From positions 4,197 through 68,196 of the forward strand of contig JAFPWV010000061.1 in the NCBI GenBank assembly GCA_017412675.1: a stretch of 64,000 nucleotides of DNA, in the 5' to 3' direction. This DNA comes from Clostridia bacterium (GTDB taxonomy: Bacteria; Bacillota; Clostridia; Oscillospirales; CAG-272). The notes under the pieces are model-generated. The model did no database searches. It was not told the origin of the DNA and worked only from the letters and a program-made list of their open reading frames with translations. A program made the position numbers and the translations under genes. Positions 53,658-61,554 of this stretch are shown piece by piece (position 1 is the first letter of the stretch; each line of letters starts with the position of its first letter).

Positions 53658-53821
53658 AATGGGTCACCTCTTCGTGAGTGAATGCCGGCTTCCTGCCGTC
53701 CTGCTTCTGATTATAGCACACCGCGCGGCGGCGAATCAATTCTTTTTGCGCAAATTCGTCCGCGGATTTGTAAGTTTATTTTGAACGCGGGCCCCCGCGC
53801 GTCAATCTTCGCCCCCGCCCC

Positions 53822-53850
53822 TTGACAAACCGGCAAAAAAAGGGTATCAT
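53822..53850 (+). promoter_or_regulatory. SigA-type promoter
   Basis: TTGACA, 17 nt, TATCAT. Confidence 0.55.
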
Positions 53851-53890
53851 AGAGGGCGAACATCAAATCCAACCCCGAAAGGAAACGTCC

Positions 53891-56842
53891 ATGGCTGAAA
53901 TCAAATGCTACGCGGATCTCGCGCCGAACAAGGCCTACGAGCTCCTCTACGAGGAAACCCTCGACGACATCAAGTCCGCCGGGATCGTGCTGCGGCACAA
54001 AAAATCCGGCGCGCGCGTCTGCATCCTCCCGAACGACGACGAAAACAAGCTCTTCTGCGCCGCCTTCCGCACCCCGCCGGAGGATTCCACGGGCGTGTGC
54101 CACATCATCGAGCACACCGTCCTCTGCGGCTCGAAGAACTTCCCCTCCCGCGATCCCTTCATGCAGCTCGCGAAGGGCTCCCTCAACACCTTCCTCAACG
54201 CGATGACCTACCCGGACAAGACCCTCTATCCGGTGGCGTCCTGCAACGACAAGGACTTCAAGAACCTGATGAACGTCTACATGGACGCGGTCTTCTATCC
54301 GAACATCTACAAGTACCGCCAGATCTTCATGCAGGAGGGCTGGCACTACGAGCTCGACAACCCGGAGGACGCGCTCAAGATCAACGGCGTCGTGTATTCC
54401 GAGATGAAGGGCGCGATGTCCTCTCCCGACCGGGCCGTGTGGGACGAGCTCAGCACCGCGCTCCTCCCCGACACGACCTACGGCGTCAACTCCGGCGGCG
54501 ATCCAGACGTCATCCCGGACCTGACCTACGAATACTACCTGAACTTCCACCGGAACCACTACCATCCGTCCAACGCCTACATCTTCCTCTACGGCAACTG
54601 CGACATGAACGAGCGCCTTGCCTGGATGGACGAGAACTATCTCTCCTCCTTCGACGCGATCGAGCCGCACTCCGAGGTGAAGCCCCAGCCGCGCTTCGGC
54701 TCGAAGGAACCGCGCCGCGTCGTATCGCACTATTCCGTGGGCGTGAACGACGAGACCGAGGGCAAGGCGTTCCTCGCGTATGGCGCACTCGGCGGATCGA
54801 ACCTCGACGTCCTCGACTGCCGCGCCTGGAACATCCTCTCCTCCGTGCTCCTGAACGACGACGGCGCGCCCGTGAAGAAGGCGCTGACCGACGCGGGCAT
54901 CGGCGAGGACATCTACGGCGGGTACGACTCCCACATGATCGAGGACGCCTTCGCCGTCATCGCAAAGAACGCGAAGGCCGAGGACCTCGACCGGTTCTAC
55001 ACGATCATCCTCGACACCCTCCGCGCCGAGGTGGAAAAGGGCATCAACGAAAAGGCCCTGCTCGCGGCGATCAACATCCGCGAATTCCACTTCCGTGAAG
55101 CCGATTACGGCGGATATCCGCGCGGCCTCGACGTGGCGTCCGACATGCTCCAGTCCTGGCTCTACGACGAAGACGGCGCCTTCACCTATATGCACGTCCT
55201 CGACGACTTCGCGGAACTGAAGCGCCGCATCGGCACGGGCTACTACGAGGACCTCGTGCGCCGCGTGATCCTCGATTCCGAGCACGCCGTTCTCTTGACT
55301 CTTCTCCCCGAGCCGGGCCTCGTCGACCGCAAGAACGAAGAACTCGCCGAAAAGCTCGCCGCCTACAAGGCCTCCCTCACGCCCGCCGAGGTGGACGCGA
55401 TCGTCGAGGATACGACGGCGCTCCGGGAATACCAGTCCCATGAGCCGACGGAAGAGGAGCTGAACTGCATCCCGTCGCTGAAGCGCGAGGATATCTCGAA
55501 GGACACCATCCCCTTCTACAACGAAGAGCGCACCGTCGGCGGCGTGAAGACGGTCTTCCACCCGGTCGAGACCAACGGCATCACCTACGCCGGTCTCTAC
55601 TTCGACATCGGCAAGCTCCCGCACCGGTATGTCCCGTACCTCGGGCTGCTCGGCCACATCCTCGGCCGCGTCGATACGGACGAACACACCTATGACGAGC
55701 TGACGATCAACATCCGCCTCAACCTCGGCAGCCTGTCCTTCTGGCCGTCGACGCCGCGGAAGTTCGGCACCCTCGACGACTACCGCCCGATGTTTGCGAT
55801 CCACACGAAGGCCCTCGCCGAGAACATCCCGTTCGCGCTCGAGACCGCCCTCGAGATCGCCCGCGGAACGAAGTTCACCGACACCGCGCGGCTGAAGACC
55901 ATCATCGCCGAGCTGAAATCCGACCGTCAGCGCGCCATCATGTCGAACGGCAACTCCGTGGCGTCGGCCCGCGCGCGTTCCTACTACTCGAAATACGACT
56001 GCTATGATCAGGCCCTGAACGGCCTCGACTTCTACTTCTTCGTCAAGGACCTCGCGGACAACTTCGACGAGAGGAAGGCAGCCCTCTCCGAGAACCTCGC
56101 GAAGGTCGCGGCGGCCGTCTTCGATCCGAAGAACGTCGTGCTCTCCCTCGCGGCGGACGAAGCGGGCATCGAAGCGATCGACAAAAACCTCCCCGCGCTC
56201 ATCGAAGGGCTCCGTGCCATCCCGCGCGAACCTCTCGGCGAGGCGGAGGAATACGTCCCCGTCAAGAAGAACGAGGGCATCCTCATCCCGTCGCAGGTGC
56301 AGTACGTCGCCCGCGTCGGCAACCTCGGCTTCGACGGTCTCGCCTACAACGGCGCGCTGCAGGTCGTCAAGACGGCGGTCAACACCGACTGGCTTTACCA
56401 GCAGATCCGCGTCAAGGGCGGCGCGTACGGCTGCGGATGCGGCTTCGGCGGCGCGACCGGCAACGTGACCTTCTCCTCCTACCGCGACCCGAAGCTGACG
56501 GAGACCGACGAGGTCTACAAGGGCACCGGGAACTGGGTGAAGAACGCGAAGTTCGACGAGGCGGAGCTGACGAAGTACATCATCGGCACGTTCTCGGGCT
56601 ACGAGCGTCCCATGTCCCCCGCGGGCAAGGCGAGCCGTTCCTTCGACGCATGGCTCACGGGCCGCACCTATGCGGATGTCGTGAAGGAGCGCGAACAGAT
56701 GCTCTCGATCACCGCGGAAGAGTTCCACGCGTCCGCCGAGATCTTCGACAAGATCTGCGCGCAGGGCTATCTCTGCGCCGTCGGCAGTGAAAAGACCCTC
56801 CGGGACCATGCCGAGATGTTTGACAACCTTGTGAATATCTGA
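53891..56842 (+). CDS. M16C insulinase-family metallopeptidase (PreP/Cym1-like)
   Basis: 983 aa from MAEIKCYADL. Inverted zinc motif HIIEHTVLCGS (HxxEH). Four-domain length typical of M16C. Confidence 0.85.
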   Translation: MAEIKCYADLAPNKAYELLYEETLDDIKSAGIVLRHKKSGARVCILPNDDENKLFCAAFRTPPEDSTGVCHIIEHTVLCGSKNFPSRDPFMQLAKGSLNTFLNAMTYPDKTLYPVASCNDKDFKNLMNVYMDAVFYPNIYKYRQIFMQEGWHYELDNPEDALKINGVVYSEMKGAMSSPDRAVWDELSTALLPDTTYGVNSGGDPDVIPDLTYEYYLNFHRNHYHPSNAYIFLYGNCDMNERLAWMDENYLSSFDAIEPHSEVKPQPRFGSKEPRRVVSHYSVGVNDETEGKAFLAYGALGGSNLDVLDCRAWNILSSVLLNDDGAPVKKALTDAGIGEDIYGGYDSHMIEDAFAVIAKNAKAEDLDRFYTIILDTLRAEVEKGINEKALLAAINIREFHFREADYGGYPRGLDVASDMLQSWLYDEDGAFTYMHVLDDFAELKRRIGTGYYEDLVRRVILDSEHAVLLTLLPEPGLVDRKNEELAEKLAAYKASLTPAEVDAIVEDTTALREYQSHEPTEEELNCIPSLKREDISKDTIPFYNEERTVGGVKTVFHPVETNGITYAGLYFDIGKLPHRYVPYLGLLGHILGRVDTDEHTYDELTINIRLNLGSLSFWPSTPRKFGTLDDYRPMFAIHTKALAENIPFALETALEIARGTKFTDTARLKTIIAELKSDRQRAIMSNGNSVASARARSYYSKYDCYDQALNGLDFYFFVKDLADNFDERKAALSENLAKVAAAVFDPKNVVLSLAADEAGIEAIDKNLPALIEGLRAIPREPLGEAEEYVPVKKNEGILIPSQVQYVARVGNLGFDGLAYNGALQVVKTAVNTDWLYQQIRVKGGAYGCGCGFGGATGNVTFSSYRDPKLTETDEVYKGTGNWVKNAKFDEAELTKYIIGTFSGYERPMSPAGKASRSFDAWLTGRTYADVVKEREQMLSITAEEFHASAEIFDKICAQGYLCAVGSEKTLRDHAEMFDNLVNI

Positions 56843-56876
56843 TGCGCGCGTGAAAAATCAGGAATGAGGTATAAAC

Positions 56877-57031
56877 CTCCCGTTTCCCATGATCATACGG
56901 TCGTGCGGCTGTACCAAACCTACAGCTTCACGACCGTTATTGATTGAAAGCCCGCTTGATTACTGTCTCAGTGATTCATTGTTCGTTGTTCACTCAGAAT
57001 TCTGCATTCTGAATTCTGAATTCTGAATTCT
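56877..57031 (-). repeat. composite repeat, copy C (flank + hairpin + TTATTGATTGAAAGCCCGCTTG + GAATTCT array 56996-57031)
   Basis: CCTCCCGTTTCCCATGATCAT-ACGGTCGTGCGGCTGTA..TACAGCTTCACGACCGT...CAGAATTCTGCATTCTGAATTCTGAATTCTGAATTC. Confidence 0.8.
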
Positions 57032-57113
57032 TGTTGTTCCCTCGTCCCTCAACGCTGTTCGTTTTCTTCATCCCCTCGCCTTTCTTTTTTTACAAATTCT
57101 GTTCTCTTCCCCG

Positions 57114-57142
57114 TTGCATTCCGCGGGGAAATCATGTATAAT
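57114..57142 (+). promoter_or_regulatory. SigA-type promoter
   Basis: TTGCAT, 17 nt, TATAAT. Confidence 0.55.
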
Positions 57143-57195
57143 AAGAAAAAATCCATCATTCTCCGGCAGATGCCGGCAAAGGAGGCGGACGACGC

Positions 57196-58596
57196 ATGAC
57201 CAAACAGAGTGGGAGAATCCTCGCAGCAGTCCTCGCGGGACTTTTCTTGACGGGATGTTCCCTGTTCAAGGGCGCTGAGCCAAACGACCCGGATCCCGTC
57301 GATCCGAACGCCGGCACCGGTATCGAAGAGCCCGCGGGATCCGTCGATCCGGTCACGCCGCCCGAAGGCGATCCGGCCGACGCGGTGGATCCCTCCGGCA
57401 CAGCGGCGGAAACCCCGACCGAGGGCCAGCCGGACGCATCGGCAAACGATCCCGGTGCGATCACCACACCCGAGCTGCCGACGCCGGTCGTACCCGATCC
57501 CGGGACCTCCTCTCCGGGCGAGGACGCGGGGACGGGCGACGGGCTTCACGTGACGGACATCCGGCTCGACAAGTACATTGTGGCGGTCGAGGTCGGGAAA
57601 TCCGACATGCCGCTCGTGACGATGCTTCCTTCCACCGCGCTCGATGTGGGCGAGATCTGGACCTCTGACGACACCGCGGTCGCCTCGGTCAGCACCTGGG
57701 GCAAGATCACGGGCATTTCCCCCGGCGAGTGCCGCGTGACGGTCCGCTCGACGGACAACCCGGACGTGAAGGCGGTCGTGGAGGTCATGGTCGTCGAGAG
57801 CACGGACGTCATCCATGTCAAGCAGATCTCCCTCGATAAATATGAGACCACCATCCACGTCGGTCTGATGGACATGCCGTGGGTGACGATGTATCCCACC
57901 AACGCCAAGGACAAGGGCGAGATCTGGACCTCCGACGACACCGCCGTTGCGACGGTCGACCAGTACGGTCGCATCACGGGCGTCGGTCCCGGCACCTGCA
58001 CGGTTACGGTCCGCTCGAAGGACAACCAGGACGTGACGGCGAAGATCACGGTCCATGTCAAGATCGGCGAGGACGCCAAGGAACCGACCTACATCGACGG
58101 CACGCTCATCGTCAACCGGACCTACGGCCTGCCGCGGACCTATAATCCCGGCGTCAGCGCGGAGGCAAAGACGGCGCTCGACGAGCTGATCGCAGGCGCT
58201 TCGGAGGACGGCCTCGAATTCTGGGTCGAATCCGGGTTCCGCTCCTACGACCAGCAGCTTTCGCTGTACAACACCTACGTCGGACGCGAGGGCAAGGATG
58301 CCGCGGACCGGTATTCGGCGCGTCCCGGCCATTCCGAGCATCAGTCGGGGCTGGCCTTCGACCTCAACTCCTTCGACGACAACTTCGATCAGACGCCGGA
58401 GGGCAAATGGCTCGCCGCGCACGCATGGGAATACGGCTTCACGCTCCGTTATCCGAAGGACAAGGAGGACATCACGGGCTTCATGTACGAGCCGTGGCAC
58501 GTCCGCTACATCGGCAAGACGCTCGCGCAGAAGCTGCATGACAGCGGGCAGGTGCTGGAGGAGTACTTCGACATCACCTCGGTCTACGCGGACTGA
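57196..58596 (+). CDS. lipoprotein with two Big_2 Ig-like domains and a C-terminal M15B (VanY-type) D-Ala-D-Ala carboxypeptidase domain
   Basis: Lipobox LFLTGC. Two ~85-aa internal repeats (...GEIWTSDDTAVA.V...GRITG..PG.C.VTVRS.DN.DV). SxHxxGxAxD-type motif GHSEHQSGLAFDL and EPWHVRY. Confidence 0.8.
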   Translation: MTKQSGRILAAVLAGLFLTGCSLFKGAEPNDPDPVDPNAGTGIEEPAGSVDPVTPPEGDPADAVDPSGTAAETPTEGQPDASANDPGAITTPELPTPVVPDPGTSSPGEDAGTGDGLHVTDIRLDKYIVAVEVGKSDMPLVTMLPSTALDVGEIWTSDDTAVASVSTWGKITGISPGECRVTVRSTDNPDVKAVVEVMVVESTDVIHVKQISLDKYETTIHVGLMDMPWVTMYPTNAKDKGEIWTSDDTAVATVDQYGRITGVGPGTCTVTVRSKDNQDVTAKITVHVKIGEDAKEPTYIDGTLIVNRTYGLPRTYNPGVSAEAKTALDELIAGASEDGLEFWVESGFRSYDQQLSLYNTYVGREGKDAADRYSARPGHSEHQSGLAFDLNSFDDNFDQTPEGKWLAAHAWEYGFTLRYPKDKEDITGFMYEPWHVRYIGKTLAQKLHDSGQVLEEYFDITSVYAD

Positions 58597-58607
58597 GTTC
58601 ATCCGAG

Positions 58608-58635
58608 ACAGAGCCTGAACGGGCTCTGTTTCTTA
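58608..58635 (+). terminator. intrinsic terminator
   Basis: Stem ACAGAGCC/GGCTCTGT followed by TTCTTATCC. Confidence 0.6.
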
Positions 58636-58682
58636 TCCTCCGTTTCGTCACAAAATGTTTATCGTTTTTCGATAAAAAGTTA

Positions 58683-58711
58683 TTGACAATCATTTTCATT
58701 CGTGCTATAAT
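58683..58711 (+). promoter_or_regulatory. SigA-type promoter of the ABC pair
   Basis: TTGACA, 17 nt, TATAAT (perfect consensus). Confidence 0.6.
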
Positions 58712-58746
58712 GGCATCGCACAGCAACAGAGAAAGGACATACGATT

Positions 58747-59709
58747 TTGGAATCCACATTTCTTCATCCCGAAACGGGCGAAGAGGCCGAAAAGACCGCG
58801 CTGACCGGCGAAACGGGCATAGCGGGCGAAGCGGAAGAGACGCCTGAAGAGTCGGAAGCTCTCCCGGCAGAGGTCCCCGCGGAGCCGGAAGAGAAGGCAG
58901 AGGATCCGGCAGAGGCATCCGCACCCGAGGCCGAGATCACCTTCGGTCCCGAAACAGCGGCTCCGGCACAGCCCGGCTCCCAGTCCGGTTCTCAGCCGAT
59001 CGGCCGTCCGATGGCGGCGGTGGCGTGCTACGGCCTGACCAAGCGCTACGGCCCGACGCCCGCACTCACGGACGTTTCCCTCGAGCTCCCCGCGGGCAAG
59101 ATCATCGGTCTGCTCGGTCCGAACGGGAGCGGCAAAACCACCTTCATCAAGATCCTCGCAGGGCTTCTCCAGCCCACGGGCGGCACGGTCCTCATCCACG
59201 GCGAGGAGCCCGGCGTACGCACCAAAGCGATGGTCTCCTACCTCCCCGAGCGCATGGTCTTCGATCCCGGGATGCGCGTGAGCGACTGCATCGGCCTGTT
59301 CCGCGACTTCTACGCGGACTTCGACGAGCGGCGCGCGCGGGAGATGCTCTCGATCCTCGGCGTACCGGTCGACGGAAAGCTGAAAACGTTCTCGAAGGGC
59401 ACGCGGGAGAAGGTGCAGCTCGTGCTCGTGATGGCGCGGCGCGCGAAGCTCTATCTCCTCGACGAACCCATCGGCGGTGTCGACCCCGCTGCCCGCGACT
59501 TCATCCTGCACACCATCGTGACGGCGTACGAACCGGGCGCGACGGTGATCCTCTCGACCCATCTGATCCGCGACGTGGAGCCGATCCTCGACGGATTCGT
59601 CTTCCTCGGCTCCGGCTCGGTCATCATGAGCGGCGAGGCGGAGACGATCCGCGCGGACACCGGCAAATCCCTTGACGAGCTCTTCCGGGAGGTGTTCCGA
59701 TGCTGGTAA
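58747..59709 (+). CDS. ABC transporter ATP-binding protein, possibly with an 88-aa acidic N-terminal extension (TTG start; alternative ATG at 59011)
   Basis: Walker A GPNGSGKTT, Q-loop, signature FSKGTREK and Walker B LYLLDEP. The TTG start lies 9 nt after AAAGGA. The internal ATG has no Shine-Dalgarno sequence. Confidence 0.8.
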   Translation: MESTFLHPETGEEAEKTALTGETGIAGEAEETPEESEALPAEVPAEPEEKAEDPAEASAPEAEITFGPETAAPAQPGSQSGSQPIGRPMAAVACYGLTKRYGPTPALTDVSLELPAGKIIGLLGPNGSGKTTFIKILAGLLQPTGGTVLIHGEEPGVRTKAMVSYLPERMVFDPGMRVSDCIGLFRDFYADFDERRAREMLSILGVPVDGKLKTFSKGTREKVQLVLVMARRAKLYLLDEPIGGVDPAARDFILHTIVTAYEPGATVILSTHLIRDVEPILDGFVFLGSGSVIMSGEAETIRADTGKSLDELFREVFRCW

Positions 59710-60542
59710 AACTCTTCAGACATGATTTCCGCGCGCACAGCCGGATGCAGATCCCGGTGCTCATCGCCATCGCGGCGGCCGCGGTCCTCGGTTTCTTCAA
59801 CATGCTCTTCCTCGCGGGCACCGGCAGCGGTCAGCTCATCTCCGAGGAGAGCGACGGTTACGTTCTGATGCTCGGCGCGGCGATCAGCGGGACCTTCCTC
59901 ATCTTCCTCGCCCTCGGCATCGCCATGGCCGTCATGTCCGTCTTGATCTTCGTCCGCTTTTACCGCTCGATGGTGACGGACGAGGCGTATCTCACCTTCA
60001 CCCTCCCCGTGACTGCCGGTCAGCTCATCGGGGCGAAGTTCCTCGCGTCGGCGGTGTGGTTCCTCATCGGCAGCGCAGCTCTCGCGATCGCGGGCGGCCT
60101 GATCTACTCCGGCGCAATCCTGGCGGGCGGCGGGGACTTCCGCGAAGCGATGGTGGATCTCTGGCAGGAGGTCTTCGAGCTGCTCGCGGAGAACCCGCTC
60201 ACGACCTTTCTGTTGATCCTCTGCGCCGTCGCGGCTGCCGTCCGCTGGTATTTCCAGATCACGGGCGCGATCCTCTTCGGCGCATCGGTCGTGCGCAAGA
60301 ACAAGGCGCTCGCCGCGGTCGGGATGATCTTCGCCGTGAACTTCCTCGTGAATCTCATCACCTCGATCTTCCCCACCCTCGGCATCTTCGGATTCGGCGT
60401 CCTGTTCACGGGCATGGTCGAATTCTACGACTTCAACCTGAACACATGGCTGCTCGTGCAGACGGGCATCAGCGTGATCCTCGCGGCGATGTTCTGGTGG
60501 CTCAGCGTCCGGATCGCAAAGAAAAGCGTAAACATCGAATGA
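59700..60542 (+). CDS. ABC-2-type transporter permease (6 TM)
   Basis: 280 aa. 10-nt overlap with the ATPase gene. GGGAGGTG Shine-Dalgarno sequence. Hydrophobic throughout. Confidence 0.65.
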   Translation: MLVKLFRHDFRAHSRMQIPVLIAIAAAAVLGFFNMLFLAGTGSGQLISEESDGYVLMLGAAISGTFLIFLALGIAMAVMSVLIFVRFYRSMVTDEAYLTFTLPVTAGQLIGAKFLASAVWFLIGSAALAIAGGLIYSGAILAGGGDFREAMVDLWQEVFELLAENPLTTFLLILCAVAAAVRWYFQITGAILFGASVVRKNKALAAVGMIFAVNFLVNLITSIFPTLGIFGFGVLFTGMVEFYDFNLNTWLLVQTGISVILAAMFWWLSVRIAKKSVNIE

Positions 60543-60681
60543 AAAATTCAGAATTAAGAATTTAAGAATGCAGAATTTTAAATGAATCGCTGAGGAAGCA
60601 AGCAAATTAAAAATCAATAACGGTCGTGAAGCGGTATATTCGGTACCGCCGCACGACCGTTTTATCATGGGAAACCGGAGG
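60541..60681 (+). repeat. composite repeat, copy D (inverse orientation to C: GAATTCT-type array 60544-60578, linker, hairpin 60620-60660, flank)
   Basis: The reverse complement aligns with copy C across array, CAG(T/C)GATTCATT, GCTTG, TTATTGAT and the hairpin. The hairpin ACGGTCGTGAAGCGGTAT-ATTCG-GTACCGCCGCACGACCGT is followed by TTTATCATGGGAAACCGGAGG. Confidence 0.8.
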
Positions 60682-60690
60682 TCTGTATCT

Positions 60691-60737
60691 AATTCTGAAT
60701 TCTTAATTCTGAATTCTTAATTCTGAATTCTGAATTC
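60691..60737. repeat. GAATTCT/GAATTCTTA heptamer-octamer array (longest copy)
   Basis: AATTCTGAATTCTTAATTCTGAATTCTTAATTCTGAATTCTGAATTC. It overlaps the last 7 codons and the stop of the kinase-like gene. Confidence 0.85.
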
Positions 60738-61541
60738 CTCCCTTTCGATTGCCGCTTTCATGTGCTTTTTCCCCATTCCGAGCACGAAGGGATAGGGCAG
60801 GCAGGTTTTGTATGCCCACGCGTACCAAAAACCCATGACGAAGGCGGCGAGCGGCGCGTACCGGTCCCGGCTCTCCCGTCCGGCGAGCAGGAGGGCAAGC
60901 GCTTCGTCGAGCGGCGCCGGACCGCGCATCGGCCTCTGCCAGTCGATCAGGATCGGGCCGTTATCCCGCGGGATGACGTTCTCGCCCTTCAGATCGCCGT
61001 GCAGAAGGACGACGGGCGCATCCCAGAGCAGCGGTGCGTCGCACTCGGCCCAGTCGAGGAGGCGGGCGAGCTCCTCCGCCGTCATCCCGGCCTCTTCGAG
61101 CGTCGGCAGGATCGAGACGCAGGCGCGGGCGAGCAGCTCCGGCGAGGAGAAATCGAAGAACACCGGGACCTCGTCGCCGTCAATCCGGCAAATGATCCGG
61201 CTGAGCGCCCGCACCCGGTCCCGGATCGCCTCGTCCGTGAGGCCGCTCCAGTCCTCGTGCGCCTCGCCGAGATCGGGGAGCAGCATCCAGTCGCAGCCGT
61301 CCTCCTCCCCGTCCGCGAGCGGCTCGAGGATCGACGGGTCCCACACGGCGCGGTAAAACGCACGCTCCGTGCTCGCCACCCTCAGCTGGGTCTTGAGGAT
61401 CGCCGTCCGGCCGTCGTCGAAGGAAATCCGCTCGACGCGGGACAGCGGCCATTCGTGCAGCACGGCGCGTTCCCGGATAACCCGGCCCCACATCGCCGCG
61501 ATCGTCCCGTCTTCGGGGATCGTGAGCAGTCCGTTTTTCAT
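60717..61541 (-). CDS. aminoglycoside/choline-kinase-type phosphotransferase (APH fold)
   Basis: Start MKNGLLTIPE follows GGAGGA. Catalytic loop LLHGDLKGENVI and the IDWQ motif. Confidence 0.7.
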   Translation of the reverse strand: MKNGLLTIPEDGTIAAMWGRVIRERAVLHEWPLSRVERISFDDGRTAILKTQLRVASTERAFYRAVWDPSILEPLADGEEDGCDWMLLPDLGEAHEDWSGLTDEAIRDRVRALSRIICRIDGDEVPVFFDFSSPELLARACVSILPTLEEAGMTAEELARLLDWAECDAPLLWDAPVVLLHGDLKGENVIPRDNGPILIDWQRPMRGPAPLDEALALLLAGRESRDRYAPLAAFVMGFWYAWAYKTCLPYPFVLGMGKKHMKAAIEREEFRIQN

Positions 61542-61554
61542 CGGCGATCCTCCT

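Noticed and set aside
60606-60668. Mini-ORFs inside the hairpin repeats with similar peptides: MIKRSCGGTEYTASRPLLIFN here, MKNKRPCGGTEHTASRPLFF at ~35480-35540 and MKNGREAVSVYSRTTVHFF at ~28090-28150.
   Set aside because: Their similarity follows from the DNA repeat. No GGAGG precedes the ATGs on that strand; the GGAGG of the flank is on the opposite strand. In the core-flipped copy the peptide changes completely while the hairpin is kept, so selection acts on structure rather than on coding.
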